Of a stretch of DNA of 64,000 bases, positions 1-9,785 are shown piece by piece (position 1 is the stretch's first letter; every line of letters begins with the position of its first letter). Both the position numbers and the translations under genes were made by a program. The stretch is from Candidatus Latescibacterota bacterium (lineage in GTDB: Bacteria > Latescibacterota > UBA2968). Under the pieces are notes generated by a model. That model did no database searches and was not told the DNA's origin. It saw only the letters and a program-made list of their open reading frames with translations. The DNA is taken from NCBI GenBank assembly GCA_965208125.1, contig OZ242320.1, forward strand, positions 192,001-256,000, read 5' to 3'.

Positions 1-93
1 GACAACGCGGGCCTATGTGCGCCACTCGATGCGGCATTTCAGGCGTGGCTAAAGGGCATTGCAGACACCGATGGCCCGCATTGCTCGAATTAG
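1..93 (+). CDS. 3' end of an upstream gene (partial, unknown product)
   Basis: Frame 1 is open from the window edge to TAG at 91-93 and is followed by an intrinsic terminator. Confidence 0.35.
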   Translation, partial: DNAGLCAPLDAAFQAWLKGIADTDGPHCSN

Positions 94-143
94 GATTCGC
101 TCGTACAGATTACAAAAGCCATCATTGGCAAACCCTTTCCCCA

Positions 144-175
144 GGCGCACATCTCCACGATGTGCGCTTTTTTTT
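144..175 (+). terminator. Rho-independent terminator
   Basis: GCGCACATC-TCCAC-GATGTGCGC hairpin followed by a T8 run. Confidence 0.75.
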
Positions 176-176
176 C

Positions 177-205
177 TTTGTATTTCAAAAATCGAGTTTT
201 ATAAT
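177..205 (+). promoter_or_regulatory. Putative sigma70 promoter of glnK-amtB
   Basis: TTGTAT/TTTGTA, then 16-17 bp, then a perfect TATAAT at 200-205. Confidence 0.5.
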
Positions 206-275
206 ACACGACCTCGGAAATGGATCGAAAGGCGATCCCGACCAACCGGGTACAACTCATAAGGAGGAAATACGT

Positions 276-614
276 ATGAAACTCATCACAGCAGTCATCC
301 AGCCCCACAAGCTGGACGATGTGCGCGCAGCACTCGGCGACATCGGCATCCAGGGCATGACCGTTACCGAAGCACGCGGTTTTGGACGCCAAAGAGGACA
401 CCGAGAAGTCTATCGCGGTGCCGAATACATCGTCGATTTTCTGCCCAAAGCCAAGCTGGAGATCGCCGTCAATGACGATGAAGTTGGCCGCGCCATTGAT
501 GCGATAGAGCATGCGGCCAAAACCGGCAACGTAGGTGATGGGAAAATTTTTGTCACAGATCTGGGACAAGCTGTTCGCATTCGAACGGGCGAAACCGGAC
601 CCGACGCACTTTAG
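276..614 (+). CDS. glnK: P-II nitrogen regulatory protein
   Basis: AAGGAGG RBS then MKLITAVIQPHKLDDV; GFGRQRG T-loop, YRGAEY uridylylation site, GDGKIFV, RIRTGE; 112 aa; directly upstream of amtB. Confidence 0.95.
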   Translation: MKLITAVIQPHKLDDVRAALGDIGIQGMTVTEARGFGRQRGHREVYRGAEYIVDFLPKAKLEIAVNDDEVGRAIDAIEHAAKTGNVGDGKIFVTDLGQAVRIRTGETGPDAL

Positions 615-643
615 AACCACAAAATTTTGGAGGAAACACAAAT

Positions 644-1966
644 ATGAAACGCCACTCTTACATCTTAGCAACTCTCCTGCTCATCTTAGGACTCCCAGAC
701 CTCGCGCTTGCCGATGGACACGAACTCAACGGCAGTGACACAGCCTGGCTACTCACCTCAACTGCCCTGGTGCTATTTATGACCATCCCCGGCCTCGCCC
801 TCTTTTACGGCGGCCTCGTACGCGCCAAAAATGTACTCTCCGTCCTCATGCAGTGTTTTGCACTCACCGCAATATTGAGCGTCGTCTGGGTCATCATCGG
901 CTATAGCCTTGCCTTTAACACCAATGGCATGACAGCAGGTACCACTAATTTCAACTCCTTTATCGGTGGTCTGGGCACTGCGTTCTTGTCCGGTGTGACA
1001 GCCGATAGCCTCTCCGGTACAATTCCGGAAACTGTCTTCATCACCTTTCAAATGACCTTCTTCATCATCACACCTGCGCTCATTGTCGGGGCTTTTGCCG
1101 AACGCATGAAATTTTCAGCCGTACTCCTGTTCTCTGTACTCTGGGGCATTTTTGTTTACGCGCCCATCTGCCACATGACATGGGGTGGTGATGGTTCCTT
1201 CTTTGGCGACATGGGCGTGCTCGACTTTGCAGGTGGACTTGTTGTACACATCAACGCGGGTATCGCAGCACTCGTCGCGTGTATTGTCATTGGCAAACGC
1301 CAGGGCTATCCCGACGCACAAATTTTGCCTCACAGCCTCAGCCTTACGGTCGTTGGCGCATCCATGCTGTGGGTCGGTTGGTTCGGCTTTAATGCCGGAA
1401 GTGCTGTCGCAGCCGACGGAGCCGCAGGCATGGCCATGCTCGTCACGCAGATATCTGCCGCAGTCGCCACCTCCACCTGGATGTTTATCGAATGGATCAA
1501 AAACGGCAAACCCAGTATCCTGGGTGCGGTCACAGGCACCATTGCCGGATTGGGCGCCATTACACCGGCGTCGGGCAGCGTAGGTCCCCTGGGTGCTATT
1601 GTCATCGGCCTTGCTGCCGGCGCTATTTGCTTTTGGGCATCCACCACACTCAAACGCAAATTGGGCTACGACGACTCCCTCGACGTCTTTGGCGTTCACG
1701 GCGTGGGCGGCATTATTGGCACTCTGCTATGTGGTATTTTTGTCGCCAAAAGCTTAGGTGGTCAGGGATTGGCCGAAGGCATGACCATGGGCAGCCAATT
1801 CACCGCGCAACTGATAGCGGTCATTATCACCATCGTCTATTGCGGCGTGGTATCCTTCATCCTGCTCAAAATCGTTGACGCTGCCGTTGGCTTGCGCGTC
1901 TCGCAAGAAGAAGAAACCGGAGGACTCGATATTGCCCTCCACGACGAGCGCGGCTACAATTACTAA
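644..1966 (+). CDS. amtB: Ammonium transporter
   Basis: PGLALFYGG, FQMTF, GAFAERMK, DFAGG..VHINAG, WFGFNAGS, DDSLDVFGVHGVGG motifs; many TM segments. Confidence 0.97.
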   Translation: MKRHSYILATLLLILGLPDLALADGHELNGSDTAWLLTSTALVLFMTIPGLALFYGGLVRAKNVLSVLMQCFALTAILSVVWVIIGYSLAFNTNGMTAGTTNFNSFIGGLGTAFLSGVTADSLSGTIPETVFITFQMTFFIITPALIVGAFAERMKFSAVLLFSVLWGIFVYAPICHMTWGGDGSFFGDMGVLDFAGGLVVHINAGIAALVACIVIGKRQGYPDAQILPHSLSLTVVGASMLWVGWFGFNAGSAVAADGAAGMAMLVTQISAAVATSTWMFIEWIKNGKPSILGAVTGTIAGLGAITPASGSVGPLGAIVIGLAAGAICFWASTTLKRKLGYDDSLDVFGVHGVGGIIGTLLCGIFVAKSLGGQGLAEGMTMGSQFTAQLIAVIITIVYCGVVSFILLKIVDAAVGLRVSQEEETGGLDIALHDERGYNY

Positions 1967-1990
1967 TATTCGCTTGACAAAGCGGACAAG

Positions 1991-2024
1991 AAAAAAAGCG
2001 GGCACATTGTACCCGCTTTTTTTC
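1991..2024 (+). terminator. Bidirectional Rho-independent terminator
   Basis: A7-GCGGG cacattgta CCCGC-T7. Confidence 0.8.
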
Positions 2025-2098
2025 TTGTTGCAATTATTTTCCAGACACCTTTATTTCTCACCGACAACCGTCGTAATACACCACAGAAAGGAACAAAG

Positions 2099-3058
2099 AT
2101 GAAAATTGTTTTACACCCCCCTGTCGATGAATACCTTTGTCAACAAGTGCGAGACACGGCTCCCAACGCCGAAGTTGTCATGGCAGATAATCACAATGTT
2201 ATTGAGGCTGTTGCAGATGCCGAAATTATATTTGGAAATTTTTCGCCTGAAATTGTCAGTGCAGCCCCCAATCTCAAATGGATTCAATCCACCAGTGCTG
2301 GCATGGACAAAGCCCTGATCCCCGAAGTCGCCAACAGCGACATCACAATATGCAATGCCAGCGGCGTCCATGCCGTTCAGGTCGCCGAACACGCCTGGGC
2401 ACTCACCACTGCCCTCACCCGCGGGCTACACGTTTCTTTTCGCCATCAACTCGACCATGCCTGGACGCGCCCACCACTCGCCGACTTATTGGAAGCCACC
2501 ATTCTCATCGTCGGATTTGGCGGCATTGGCCAATACTACGCACAACTCGCCCAGGGCTATGACGCGCGTCTGATTGCGCTGGATATCCAGGGCGGCGACA
2601 AACCCGATTACGTCGAAGCGATCTGGGACATGGACCGTCTGGATGAAGGTCTGCAAATAGCCGATGTCGTATTTATCGCCGTGCCGTACACACCCGAAAC
2701 CGAAAAACTCATCAATGCCCACACCCTGAGCCTGATGAAAAATACCGCCTTTCTGGTCAACACCGCACGCGGTCCCATCGTCGATGAAGCCGCTTTGGCC
2801 GAGGGCCTCAAAAACGGCGAAATCGCCGGCGCTGGCCTGGACGTATTTGAAAAAGAGCCCCTATCTCCCGACAGCCCGCTCTGGGACATGGAAAATGTCA
2901 TTATCACGCCACACGCTGCTGGTGGGTCACCCAATCGGCACAACCGAACCATTGGATTCTTCTGCCAAAACCTGAAACGCTATCAGGCTGGCGAGCCGCT
3001 CTTTAACGAAGTTGACAAATCCCTCGGATATCCAAAACGGGAACGGCGCGTCAAATGA
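2099..3058 (+). CDS. D-2-hydroxyacid dehydrogenase (NAD-binding)
   Basis: GFGGIG Rossmann motif, LVNTARGPIVDE, AGLDVFEKEPL, ITPHAAG. Confidence 0.9.
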   Translation: MKIVLHPPVDEYLCQQVRDTAPNAEVVMADNHNVIEAVADAEIIFGNFSPEIVSAAPNLKWIQSTSAGMDKALIPEVANSDITICNASGVHAVQVAEHAWALTTALTRGLHVSFRHQLDHAWTRPPLADLLEATILIVGFGGIGQYYAQLAQGYDARLIALDIQGGDKPDYVEAIWDMDRLDEGLQIADVVFIAVPYTPETEKLINAHTLSLMKNTAFLVNTARGPIVDEAALAEGLKNGEIAGAGLDVFEKEPLSPDSPLWDMENVIITPHAAGGSPNRHNRTIGFFCQNLKRYQAGEPLFNEVDKSLGYPKRERRVK

Positions 3059-4653
3059 AAAAACCCAATATCATCGTCATTCTCGTAGATGACATGGGCT
3101 ATTCGGATATCGGTTCTTATGGTGGCGAGATTCGGACGCCCAACCTGGATCGCCTATCGGCAAATGGCCTGCGATTCACGCAAAGTTACAACTCTGCCCG
3201 CTGTTGTCCTTCGCGGGCTTCTCTGCTCACAGGGCTTTATTCCCATCAGGCTGGAATCGCCAATTTTACGGGACCTGATCGAACCGCCGAATTGGGGCCA
3301 GCCTATTTGGGCAGACTAAACAACAACTGCGTGACATTAGCAGAAGTCCTCAAAACCGTGGGCTACAGCACATATGGTGTTGGAAAATGGCACGTTGGCG
3401 ATCAAGTTAACCCCACAGACCGGGGATTTGACGAATACTACGGATTCATCAAAGGCCACAGCGCCCCGCAATGGGATCCGTCTTACTATCATCGCTATCC
3501 CGAATCTCGAACACCCGAACTTTCTTTTGCCGACGATGCATTCTACGCAACAGAAGCATTCAATGATTACGCCGTAGAATTTATCGATCAAGCGCAACAA
3601 AAAGACAATCCCTGGCTCCTGTACTTCGCTCACTCGGCTCCGCATTTTCCCTTACATGCCCCGGCGGAAACCCGCGATTCATATCTCGATATTTACCGCC
3701 GAGGTTGGGATGTATTGCGCCGTGAACGCTACGCGCGCCAGCAAGAATCCGGCCTGGCAACGGAGAACTGGCAATTCACACCGCGCTCACTTGTCCCCAT
3801 TGAAGAAAATGATGCCATCGCAAATGGGTATAGCGGCAAACAGAATCCCGCGTGGGAGGATCTCCCCCAGAACCGCAGGGAGGACCTCGCCTACCGCATG
3901 GCGGTCTTTGCGGCCATGATCGAGCATATCGATCGCGGCATTGGCAGAATTATTGATCGTCTGGAAGAAACAAGAGAACTGGACAACACACTCATTCTAT
4001 TTACAAGCGACAACGGCGCGTGTTACGAATGGGGACCTTTTGGATTTGACGAACGCAGCAGATTGGGCGTCACCCATCTCCACACGGGCGAGGAACTCAA
4101 AAAAATTGGTGGACCGGACACCTATCACTCCGTGGGCAGCGCGTGGTCGTGCCTGAGCAATACCCCGTTGCACATGTACAAACACTACAACCACGAAGGC
4201 GGAAATTGCAGCCCATTTATCGCCCATTGGCCCGAAGGGATTGTGCAACCCGACCGCTGGGTTCGCACCCCCATGCATCTGTTTGACATCATGCCGACTA
4301 TATGCGAAATTACCGGAGCCGAATATCCCAAAACGCACAATAGAGAACGCATTCACCCGCAAGAAGGGACGAGCCTCGTACCCCTATTCAACGCACAAAA
4401 CCTGCCCGAACGCAGCCTGTGCTTCGATCACTTTGAAGCCAGTGCCATACGCAGGGGAAAATGGAAATTGCTGAAGGGCAATACCCGATATCCCAACAAA
4501 GATTGGGAACTCTACGACATGGAAAAAGACCGCTGTGAAACCAGCGATCTATCAGCAGAACATCCCGAATTGGTAAAATTGCTCGAGCGAGAATGGACCG
4601 AATGGGCCGTGCGGGTTAAGGTACATCCCTACCATCAAGAAGTGGCAAAATGA
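3055..4653 (+). CDS. Arylsulfatase (FGly-dependent, S1)
   Basis: KPNIIVILVDDMGYSD, CCPSRASLLTG (CxPxR), GKWHVG, SDNG; ATGA overlap with the upstream gene. Confidence 0.92.
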   Translation: MKKPNIIVILVDDMGYSDIGSYGGEIRTPNLDRLSANGLRFTQSYNSARCCPSRASLLTGLYSHQAGIANFTGPDRTAELGPAYLGRLNNNCVTLAEVLKTVGYSTYGVGKWHVGDQVNPTDRGFDEYYGFIKGHSAPQWDPSYYHRYPESRTPELSFADDAFYATEAFNDYAVEFIDQAQQKDNPWLLYFAHSAPHFPLHAPAETRDSYLDIYRRGWDVLRRERYARQQESGLATENWQFTPRSLVPIEENDAIANGYSGKQNPAWEDLPQNRREDLAYRMAVFAAMIEHIDRGIGRIIDRLEETRELDNTLILFTSDNGACYEWGPFGFDERSRLGVTHLHTGEELKKIGGPDTYHSVGSAWSCLSNTPLHMYKHYNHEGGNCSPFIAHWPEGIVQPDRWVRTPMHLFDIMPTICEITGAEYPKTHNRERIHPQEGTSLVPLFNAQNLPERSLCFDHFEASAIRRGKWKLLKGNTRYPNKDWELYDMEKDRCETSDLSAEHPELVKLLEREWTEWAVRVKVHPYHQEVAK

Positions 4654-4663
4654 GCATCTTCCA

Positions 4664-5710
4664 TCACCTCACTTTTTCAACAAACGGCCACATAAGATCG
4701 CTGTAGAAGCGGTGACCTGCGGCACCGTAGTGGTGTTCGACATGATCGGGCACACCAGCGACCTCGTAGAGACGCGCGATACCTTTGACCGCGCGATCAA
4801 CTTCGGGCACAGGGAATAGCGTATCCTGTTTCCCATTGACAATACAGAGATGGCGCGGGGCAATAAGACCCGTAACATCCCAGATCTCGCCAAAGCGCAA
4901 AATGCCGGGCACCGCATTGCAATCGCAATGGTGAATCAAACCGCTGGTGCCCACAAGCGTACAAAAAGAGCAACTCGGCACGGCAATAGTAATGCGGGGA
5001 TCAACCGCGGCGGCATAACAGGTAATCACCCCACCGCCCGAGTTGCCCATAACCAGAATCGTAGAAGTATCAATTTCGGGAATATCCTGTGCCCAGTCAA
5101 TAAGACGCATCACATCCCACACGCGCTCACCTGTCGCAGTGCGCCCGGCGAGCAAAGCGTGCATAAACTGGCTGCGGCAATCGCGGTTGCCGTGGCGCTT
5201 GTTAATATCGGGAATAGCCGTAGTACTCGTACCGCGGGCAGCGGGCGCAATAGCAGCAAACCCGCGCTTGACCGCCTGAACAGCAACATCGCGGTCTTCG
5301 GCCTCGATCTTCTTGCGGTGACCGTCATCGCGCGCTTTGCCAATATACGTATCCATGCCATATTTGTCGTGCCCGTGTGGCAAAACAGCGAGCGGAAAAG
5401 GACCATCTCCCCTGGGTTTGAGATACCAGAACGGCAAACCAAAACGCGGTTCGGTAGTGATAACACCGGGTTGCAACGTATAATCGCCCATATCTTGCGC
5501 TGCACCGAGTTGCACCTGAATCGTGTGATTGCCCAGAGACGCACCAATACTTTCAAGACCCAGCATGTGCTGAAGCACCGGGCGCGCCTCATCTTGCCAT
5601 TGCAGAAAAGATTCGCGATCAGTTGCTCGACACGCGACATAGCGCAATTCGTCGGTATAAAGATAGTCGAGATAAGTGCGAACAGCACCGCTGTGTTCGG
5701 GATGTTCCAT
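4664..5710 (-). CDS. Alpha/beta hydrolase (dienelactone hydrolase / acetylxylan-esterase-like)
   Basis: HGH motif, GNSGGG nucleophile elbow, LIAPRHL..NGKQD, C-terminal GHRF. Confidence 0.8.
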   Translation of the reverse strand: MEHPEHSGAVRTYLDYLYTDELRYVACRATDRESFLQWQDEARPVLQHMLGLESIGASLGNHTIQVQLGAAQDMGDYTLQPGVITTEPRFGLPFWYLKPRGDGPFPLAVLPHGHDKYGMDTYIGKARDDGHRKKIEAEDRDVAVQAVKRGFAAIAPAARGTSTTAIPDINKRHGNRDCRSQFMHALLAGRTATGERVWDVMRLIDWAQDIPEIDTSTILVMGNSGGGVITCYAAAVDPRITIAVPSCSFCTLVGTSGLIHHCDCNAVPGILRFGEIWDVTGLIAPRHLCIVNGKQDTLFPVPEVDRAVKGIARLYEVAGVPDHVEHHYGAAGHRFYSDLMWPFVEKVR

Positions 5711-5735
5711 ATTGAATACCTTTCAAGGAAAAAAA

Positions 5736-6500
5736 ATGGCAGATACACTGCGAGAAGTACTGGATTTTGCAACAGATGCCGCCTGGCAAGCTGGGCGGAT
5801 CACGCTGCAGTATTTTCAGACCGGCGTCGAAGTAGAGGAAAAGGCGGACGAGTCACCTGTAACAGCCGCGGACAGGGGAGCCGAGACAAAATTGCGGGAA
5901 TTGATTGAAGCGCGTTTTCCCAACGACGGCATTGTGGGAGAAGAGCACGGAAACAAAAAAGGAACAACCGGTCGGCAGTGGATTTTAGACCCCATCGACG
6001 GCACAAAATCATTCATACAGGGCGTCCCCCTCTACGGGGTAATGGTCGGCGTAGAAATAGAAGGTGAACCTGCTGTTGGCGTGGTTAATTTTCCGGCGTT
6101 GAATGAGATGATCTGCGCTGCTAAGGGATTGGGGTGTACGTGGAATGGCCGCCCCGCGCGGGTGTCTGATGTACCGAATATTCAGAACGCAACCGTGATT
6201 TTGACCGATTTCGTAAATGGGCATAAGCGAGGTGAAGCCATTGACCGGATCTGCTCACGCGCCAAACTCGTGCGCGGCTGGGGCGATTGTTATGGTCACA
6301 TGCTCGTCGCAACCGGGCGTGCAGAAGTCATGCTCGATCCCATTATGAGCGTATGGGATTGCGCCGCCCTCGCGCCCATCCTGAAAGAAGCGGGCGGCAC
6401 ATTCACGACGTGGAGCGGCGAGGCAACGATTTGGGGCAACGAGGCCGTAAGTACAAACGGGGCATTATTTGAAGAAGTAATGCAATTGATAAAAGGATGA
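5736..6500 (+). CDS. hisN: Histidinol-phosphatase, inositol monophosphatase family
   Basis: SPVTAAD, GEE, WILDPIDGTKSF, RGWGDCYG, WDCAAL; start moved to MADTL at 5736. Confidence 0.8.
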   Translation: MADTLREVLDFATDAAWQAGRITLQYFQTGVEVEEKADESPVTAADRGAETKLRELIEARFPNDGIVGEEHGNKKGTTGRQWILDPIDGTKSFIQGVPLYGVMVGVEIEGEPAVGVVNFPALNEMICAAKGLGCTWNGRPARVSDVPNIQNATVILTDFVNGHKRGEAIDRICSRAKLVRGWGDCYGHMLVATGRAEVMLDPIMSVWDCAALAPILKEAGGTFTTWSGEATIWGNEAVSTNGALFEEVMQLIKG

Positions 6501-6501
6501 T

Positions 6502-7704
6502 TTACCCCGCAAATATCGAGCGATTTGATATGCCGCAGATATAATCTTCGCGCATGAATCCGGGAACAAATTGGGCGGTTCGGCCAGAAGGCGCGACACC
6601 TGTATAATAGCCCGAGAATTGTTCATTGAAAGTAGTCAAACGATCGCGCGACGCCTCACTACTCTCCGCAGCCACAATGTACGCATTGTTAAAAACCCCA
6701 TTTTCTTTCAACCCCGCCGCGCCACCTGCTGCCACGATATGCCCATCAATCGTATTGAGAATAGCGTCTGCATCATCGCCGCCAACACCGCTCACGAGCA
6801 CCTCGGATATCCCCTGTCGCCGGATGGCCGTCCAGGTACTGAAACCATCTACAATCTCCCCCGAGCGATCAATAGCGACATCACCAGTAACACAGCGCGG
6901 TTGGGGTTCAACAATACCATCAAGATTGGGAATGCGCGAAACCGGATAAATTCTACCGGCGGGGCGGTTGTCGCCAAAATAATCGGCAATCACTTCGCGC
7001 ACGGTTTCAATACGCGTCCAGGTTGCCGAAGGATCGTCGTCAATCGCCACGAGCACCTCGAGATGCGCGGTTTGCGTCTTGAAATCCACATTGTCAGCCG
7101 CGAGCTTTTTTTCGTACTGTTCTACGAGCACAAATTCCATCTCTTGTTTGAGATCATCGCCGAGTGTCGTAACAGTATTGCCCTCAGCATCGGTGTGCAT
7201 CACCGACGCACCACTGGGCTGGTGATCGGTCCACGCACCGTATTCGATCTTCCCATGGCCAAAGGAAATATCCTCCCCCTTAACAGCTTTAATTTCCACC
7301 TCAAAAAGCGCTACTGGATCTGGAAACCCTTCTCCATGGGTAAAACGCGCCATGCGATTGGATTTGAGTTCGCAACCCGTCACAGCATCAATCATAGGGC
7401 CATATACAGCATTAAACACATCTCGATATGCCTCACAGTCGTCACGGCTATCAGATGGCGTCGTCCACAAAACATCGGTTTTGTACACATCGCCCCAGTT
7501 CGCGCCCGCGCGTGCAAGGCCCAAACTCAGGTTCTCAATGGTACCAAACCACTCTGACCCGAGTTCATTGGGATACTGCGTACCCACATTGCCGCTGGGT
7601 TCTACGAGACGCACGACCTGACCGTCGTCATAAGTCATAACAACTTCGGCTGTGCTACAAAAAATGGGAATGGGCTTGTGACGGATAATATTGACGCTTG
7701 CCAT
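6502..7704 (-). CDS. Hypothetical protein with three tandem RidA/YjgF-like domains
   Basis: Three ~125-aa segments resembling the Rid pattern, e.g. LARAGANWGDVYKTDV..FNAVY..ARF..LFEVEIKAV, YFGDNRPAGR, FNEQFSGYY..PSGRT. Confidence 0.55.
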   Translation of the reverse strand: MASVNIIRHKPIPIFCSTAEVVMTYDDGQVVRLVEPSGNVGTQYPNELGSEWFGTIENLSLGLARAGANWGDVYKTDVLWTTPSDSRDDCEAYRDVFNAVYGPMIDAVTGCELKSNRMARFTHGEGFPDPVALFEVEIKAVKGEDISFGHGKIEYGAWTDHQPSGASVMHTDAEGNTVTTLGDDLKQEMEFVLVEQYEKKLAADNVDFKTQTAHLEVLVAIDDDPSATWTRIETVREVIADYFGDNRPAGRIYPVSRIPNLDGIVEPQPRCVTGDVAIDRSGEIVDGFSTWTAIRRQGISEVLVSGVGGDDADAILNTIDGHIVAAGGAAGLKENGVFNNAYIVAAESSEASRDRLTTFNEQFSGYYTGVAPSGRTAQFVPGFMREDYICGISNRSIFAG

Positions 7705-7751
7705 AGTGAAAAATCCTTTGTGTTGGGGTTACCAGAAATTCGGTTTTCTAA

Positions 7752-7780
7752 AAGATAGAGCCTGAAATACGCAATGTCAA
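7752..7780 (-). promoter_or_regulatory. sigma70 promoter of the Rid-like gene
   Basis: TTGACA-17bp-TATCTT on the minus strand. Confidence 0.55.
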
Positions 7781-7793
7781 TGCGCGGGGATGA

Positions 7794-8546
7794 TCAGCTA
7801 CCTTTGGATTGAAAAAACGCCCGCGCGTCGGCGAGAGATTCGCGGTTGCCAATATCGAGAACACCGCCTTCAATATCGTAAGCATAAACGGTTTCGCATG
7901 TGTGCAACCACTCCAAAAAATGCCCGGGCGCATCGGGATTGCCTCCATTGGCGATATATTCTTTAAAACGGGGCAGTATCGACGCCGGATAAATATAAAC
8001 CGGCGATGCCGACCACTCGGAAATGGGCCTATCGGGTTTTTCAATAAATTGTACAACCCGATTATCTTCGTCTAATAGAACATTGCCCCGGCGCTTGCGA
8101 TCATCGTAGTCAGAATTGTGGCGCACGGCAATATGGGAGACGGGATTGGATTTAAATATATTGACCAATTTTTGAAGAGAAAACAGCAGAATATTATCAG
8201 CAGCGAGAATGAGAACATCATCGGTAATATCGCGTGCTTCAATAGCAAACTGGATATCGCCCACAGCCCCCAAACGATTGTCATTAGAGGTCGTACCATC
8301 GTCGAGTATCTCAGTCTCCACCCCGGTCTTTATCGCTCTATTTGCACGCGCCCAATCGGCAAAGTGCCCGTAAAATCGGCGATTGGTCACCACATAAGTA
8401 CCATCGATGTCTGAAATATTTTTAAGCTGATTAACGAGATGATCGAGAATAGTCCTGCCCCCCACTTTGAGCAGAGGCTTGGGAAAGTTTTGGGTAAGAG
8501 GATACAGCCGCGTGGCATATCCCGCCGCGAGAATAATAGCTTTCAC
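7794..8546 (-). CDS. Sugar-1-phosphate nucleotidyltransferase family protein
   Basis: GTG start overlaps the kinase TGA; KAIILAAGYATRLYPLT..PKPLL, EKP, DIG motifs. Confidence 0.88.
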   Translation of the reverse strand: MKAIILAAGYATRLYPLTQNFPKPLLKVGGRTILDHLVNQLKNISDIDGTYVVTNRRFYGHFADWARANRAIKTGVETEILDDGTTSNDNRLGAVGDIQFAIEARDITDDVLILAADNILLFSLQKLVNIFKSNPVSHIAVRHNSDYDDRKRRGNVLLDEDNRVVQFIEKPDRPISEWSASPVYIYPASILPRFKEYIANGGNPDAPGHFLEWLHTCETVYAYDIEGGVLDIGNRESLADARAFFQSKGS

Positions 8547-9724
8547 AGAATCCTGGCTCCATTGTCGGGTTGACAAATAAAAACCGGGGCATTTTTTGAT
8601 AAATCGGGATATTTGACGCAATAAGCCGATTGAATCTGTTCAATCGCCGCACTGGATTTTTGGGGATTGACCAGTGCAACACAACAACCCCGAAAACCGG
8701 CGCCGCTAAATCTGGCGCCGTAAACCCCATCGGTTTCAATGAGAATATGGTAGAGATCAATGAGAGGTTCGCTACCACATTCGTAATTATCAATAGAACT
8801 GCGGCCCGATTCGGCGATCAGCCCGCCAAAAGTCTTAAGGTCGCCTGCGCGCCAGGCATCAATACCCATAAGCACGCGCTCAGATTCCGTAAAAAAGTGT
8901 CTGGCGCGTTTGGCAAGGGCACCGTTCAACAAGTGTTTGTGTATTTCGTATTCTTCAAAGGCAATATTGCCGAGCAGTGGTTCTCGATCGGAACGCCCCA
9001 CGGCATCGAGCAATATCCGCGCTGCGCGGGCGCATTCATCTACCCGCGTGTTATACCCCGTCGAAACCAGCGCCTCGCGCAAGCCCGATTGGGCAATCAG
9101 AATATCAAAATCTGGCATCGCGTTGGACCGGGGAATCAATTCGTGCGTGGCCGACGCGCAATCGATCACTGTGAGAAAGCCCTCTTGCGATAACAGGATC
9201 GCCGATTGATCCAGAATGCCATTTTTGAGACCGAGGTAGCCATTTTCAATCGACTGATCGAGCCGAATATTATCTGCGGGCGATAGGGACATATCGTTGG
9301 CATATTCATAAGCGAGCAAATACGCCACGCCAATAGCCGCTGATGAACTCAAACCCCCTTCGTTCATCCTGCCCGCTGTAAGTCCCGTAATCCCGCGTGT
9401 GAGTTTATGGCCCTCTTGCTGCAATGCGCGCACTGCGCCGCGCGGGAAATTGCCCCAATCCCCATCTATTTTATTGGGTACATCGCCCAGTGCAAACGAA
9501 ACTTCGCCCTCAAAAGTAAGACTCTGGAGATGCGTATTTCCATCGCCCGATGGCGCGAAAGCGAGGTACACAGCCTGATCAATAGCCATAGCCGTAACCT
9601 GCCCGAGCTGGTGATCAATATGCGCGCCGAGCGGACATATCCGATAAGGCGATCGCACAACGCGCACATCGGCAGGCGCAACACCAAATCGGCGATTCAT
9701 TTCTGTTTTGAGTAGATCTATCAT
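8543..9724 (-). CDS. GHMP sugar kinase, galacturonokinase-like
   Basis: PYRICPLGAHIDHQ, GLSSSAA ATP loop, NGILDQ, GARFSGAGFRGC. Confidence 0.85.
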   Translation of the reverse strand: MIDLLKTEMNRRFGVAPADVRVVRSPYRICPLGAHIDHQLGQVTAMAIDQAVYLAFAPSGDGNTHLQSLTFEGEVSFALGDVPNKIDGDWGNFPRGAVRALQQEGHKLTRGITGLTAGRMNEGGLSSSAAIGVAYLLAYEYANDMSLSPADNIRLDQSIENGYLGLKNGILDQSAILLSQEGFLTVIDCASATHELIPRSNAMPDFDILIAQSGLREALVSTGYNTRVDECARAARILLDAVGRSDREPLLGNIAFEEYEIHKHLLNGALAKRARHFFTESERVLMGIDAWRAGDLKTFGGLIAESGRSSIDNYECGSEPLIDLYHILIETDGVYGARFSGAGFRGCCVALVNPQKSSAAIEQIQSAYCVKYPDLSKNAPVFICQPDNGARIL

Positions 9725-9785
9725 GAGTAGTCAGGTGTTAGCAGTCAGCGACCAACAACGTTACCAAAAAAGGAGAACAACCGCA

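Noticed and set aside
70-140. Possible sigma54 promoter for glnK (TGGC...TTGC)
   Set aside because: GG-to-GC spacing is 8 rather than 10 bp at the first site, and the second site lacks the GC
8543-9724. Assigning the symbol galK
   Set aside because: The galactose-binding signature GEHTDY is replaced by GAHIDH
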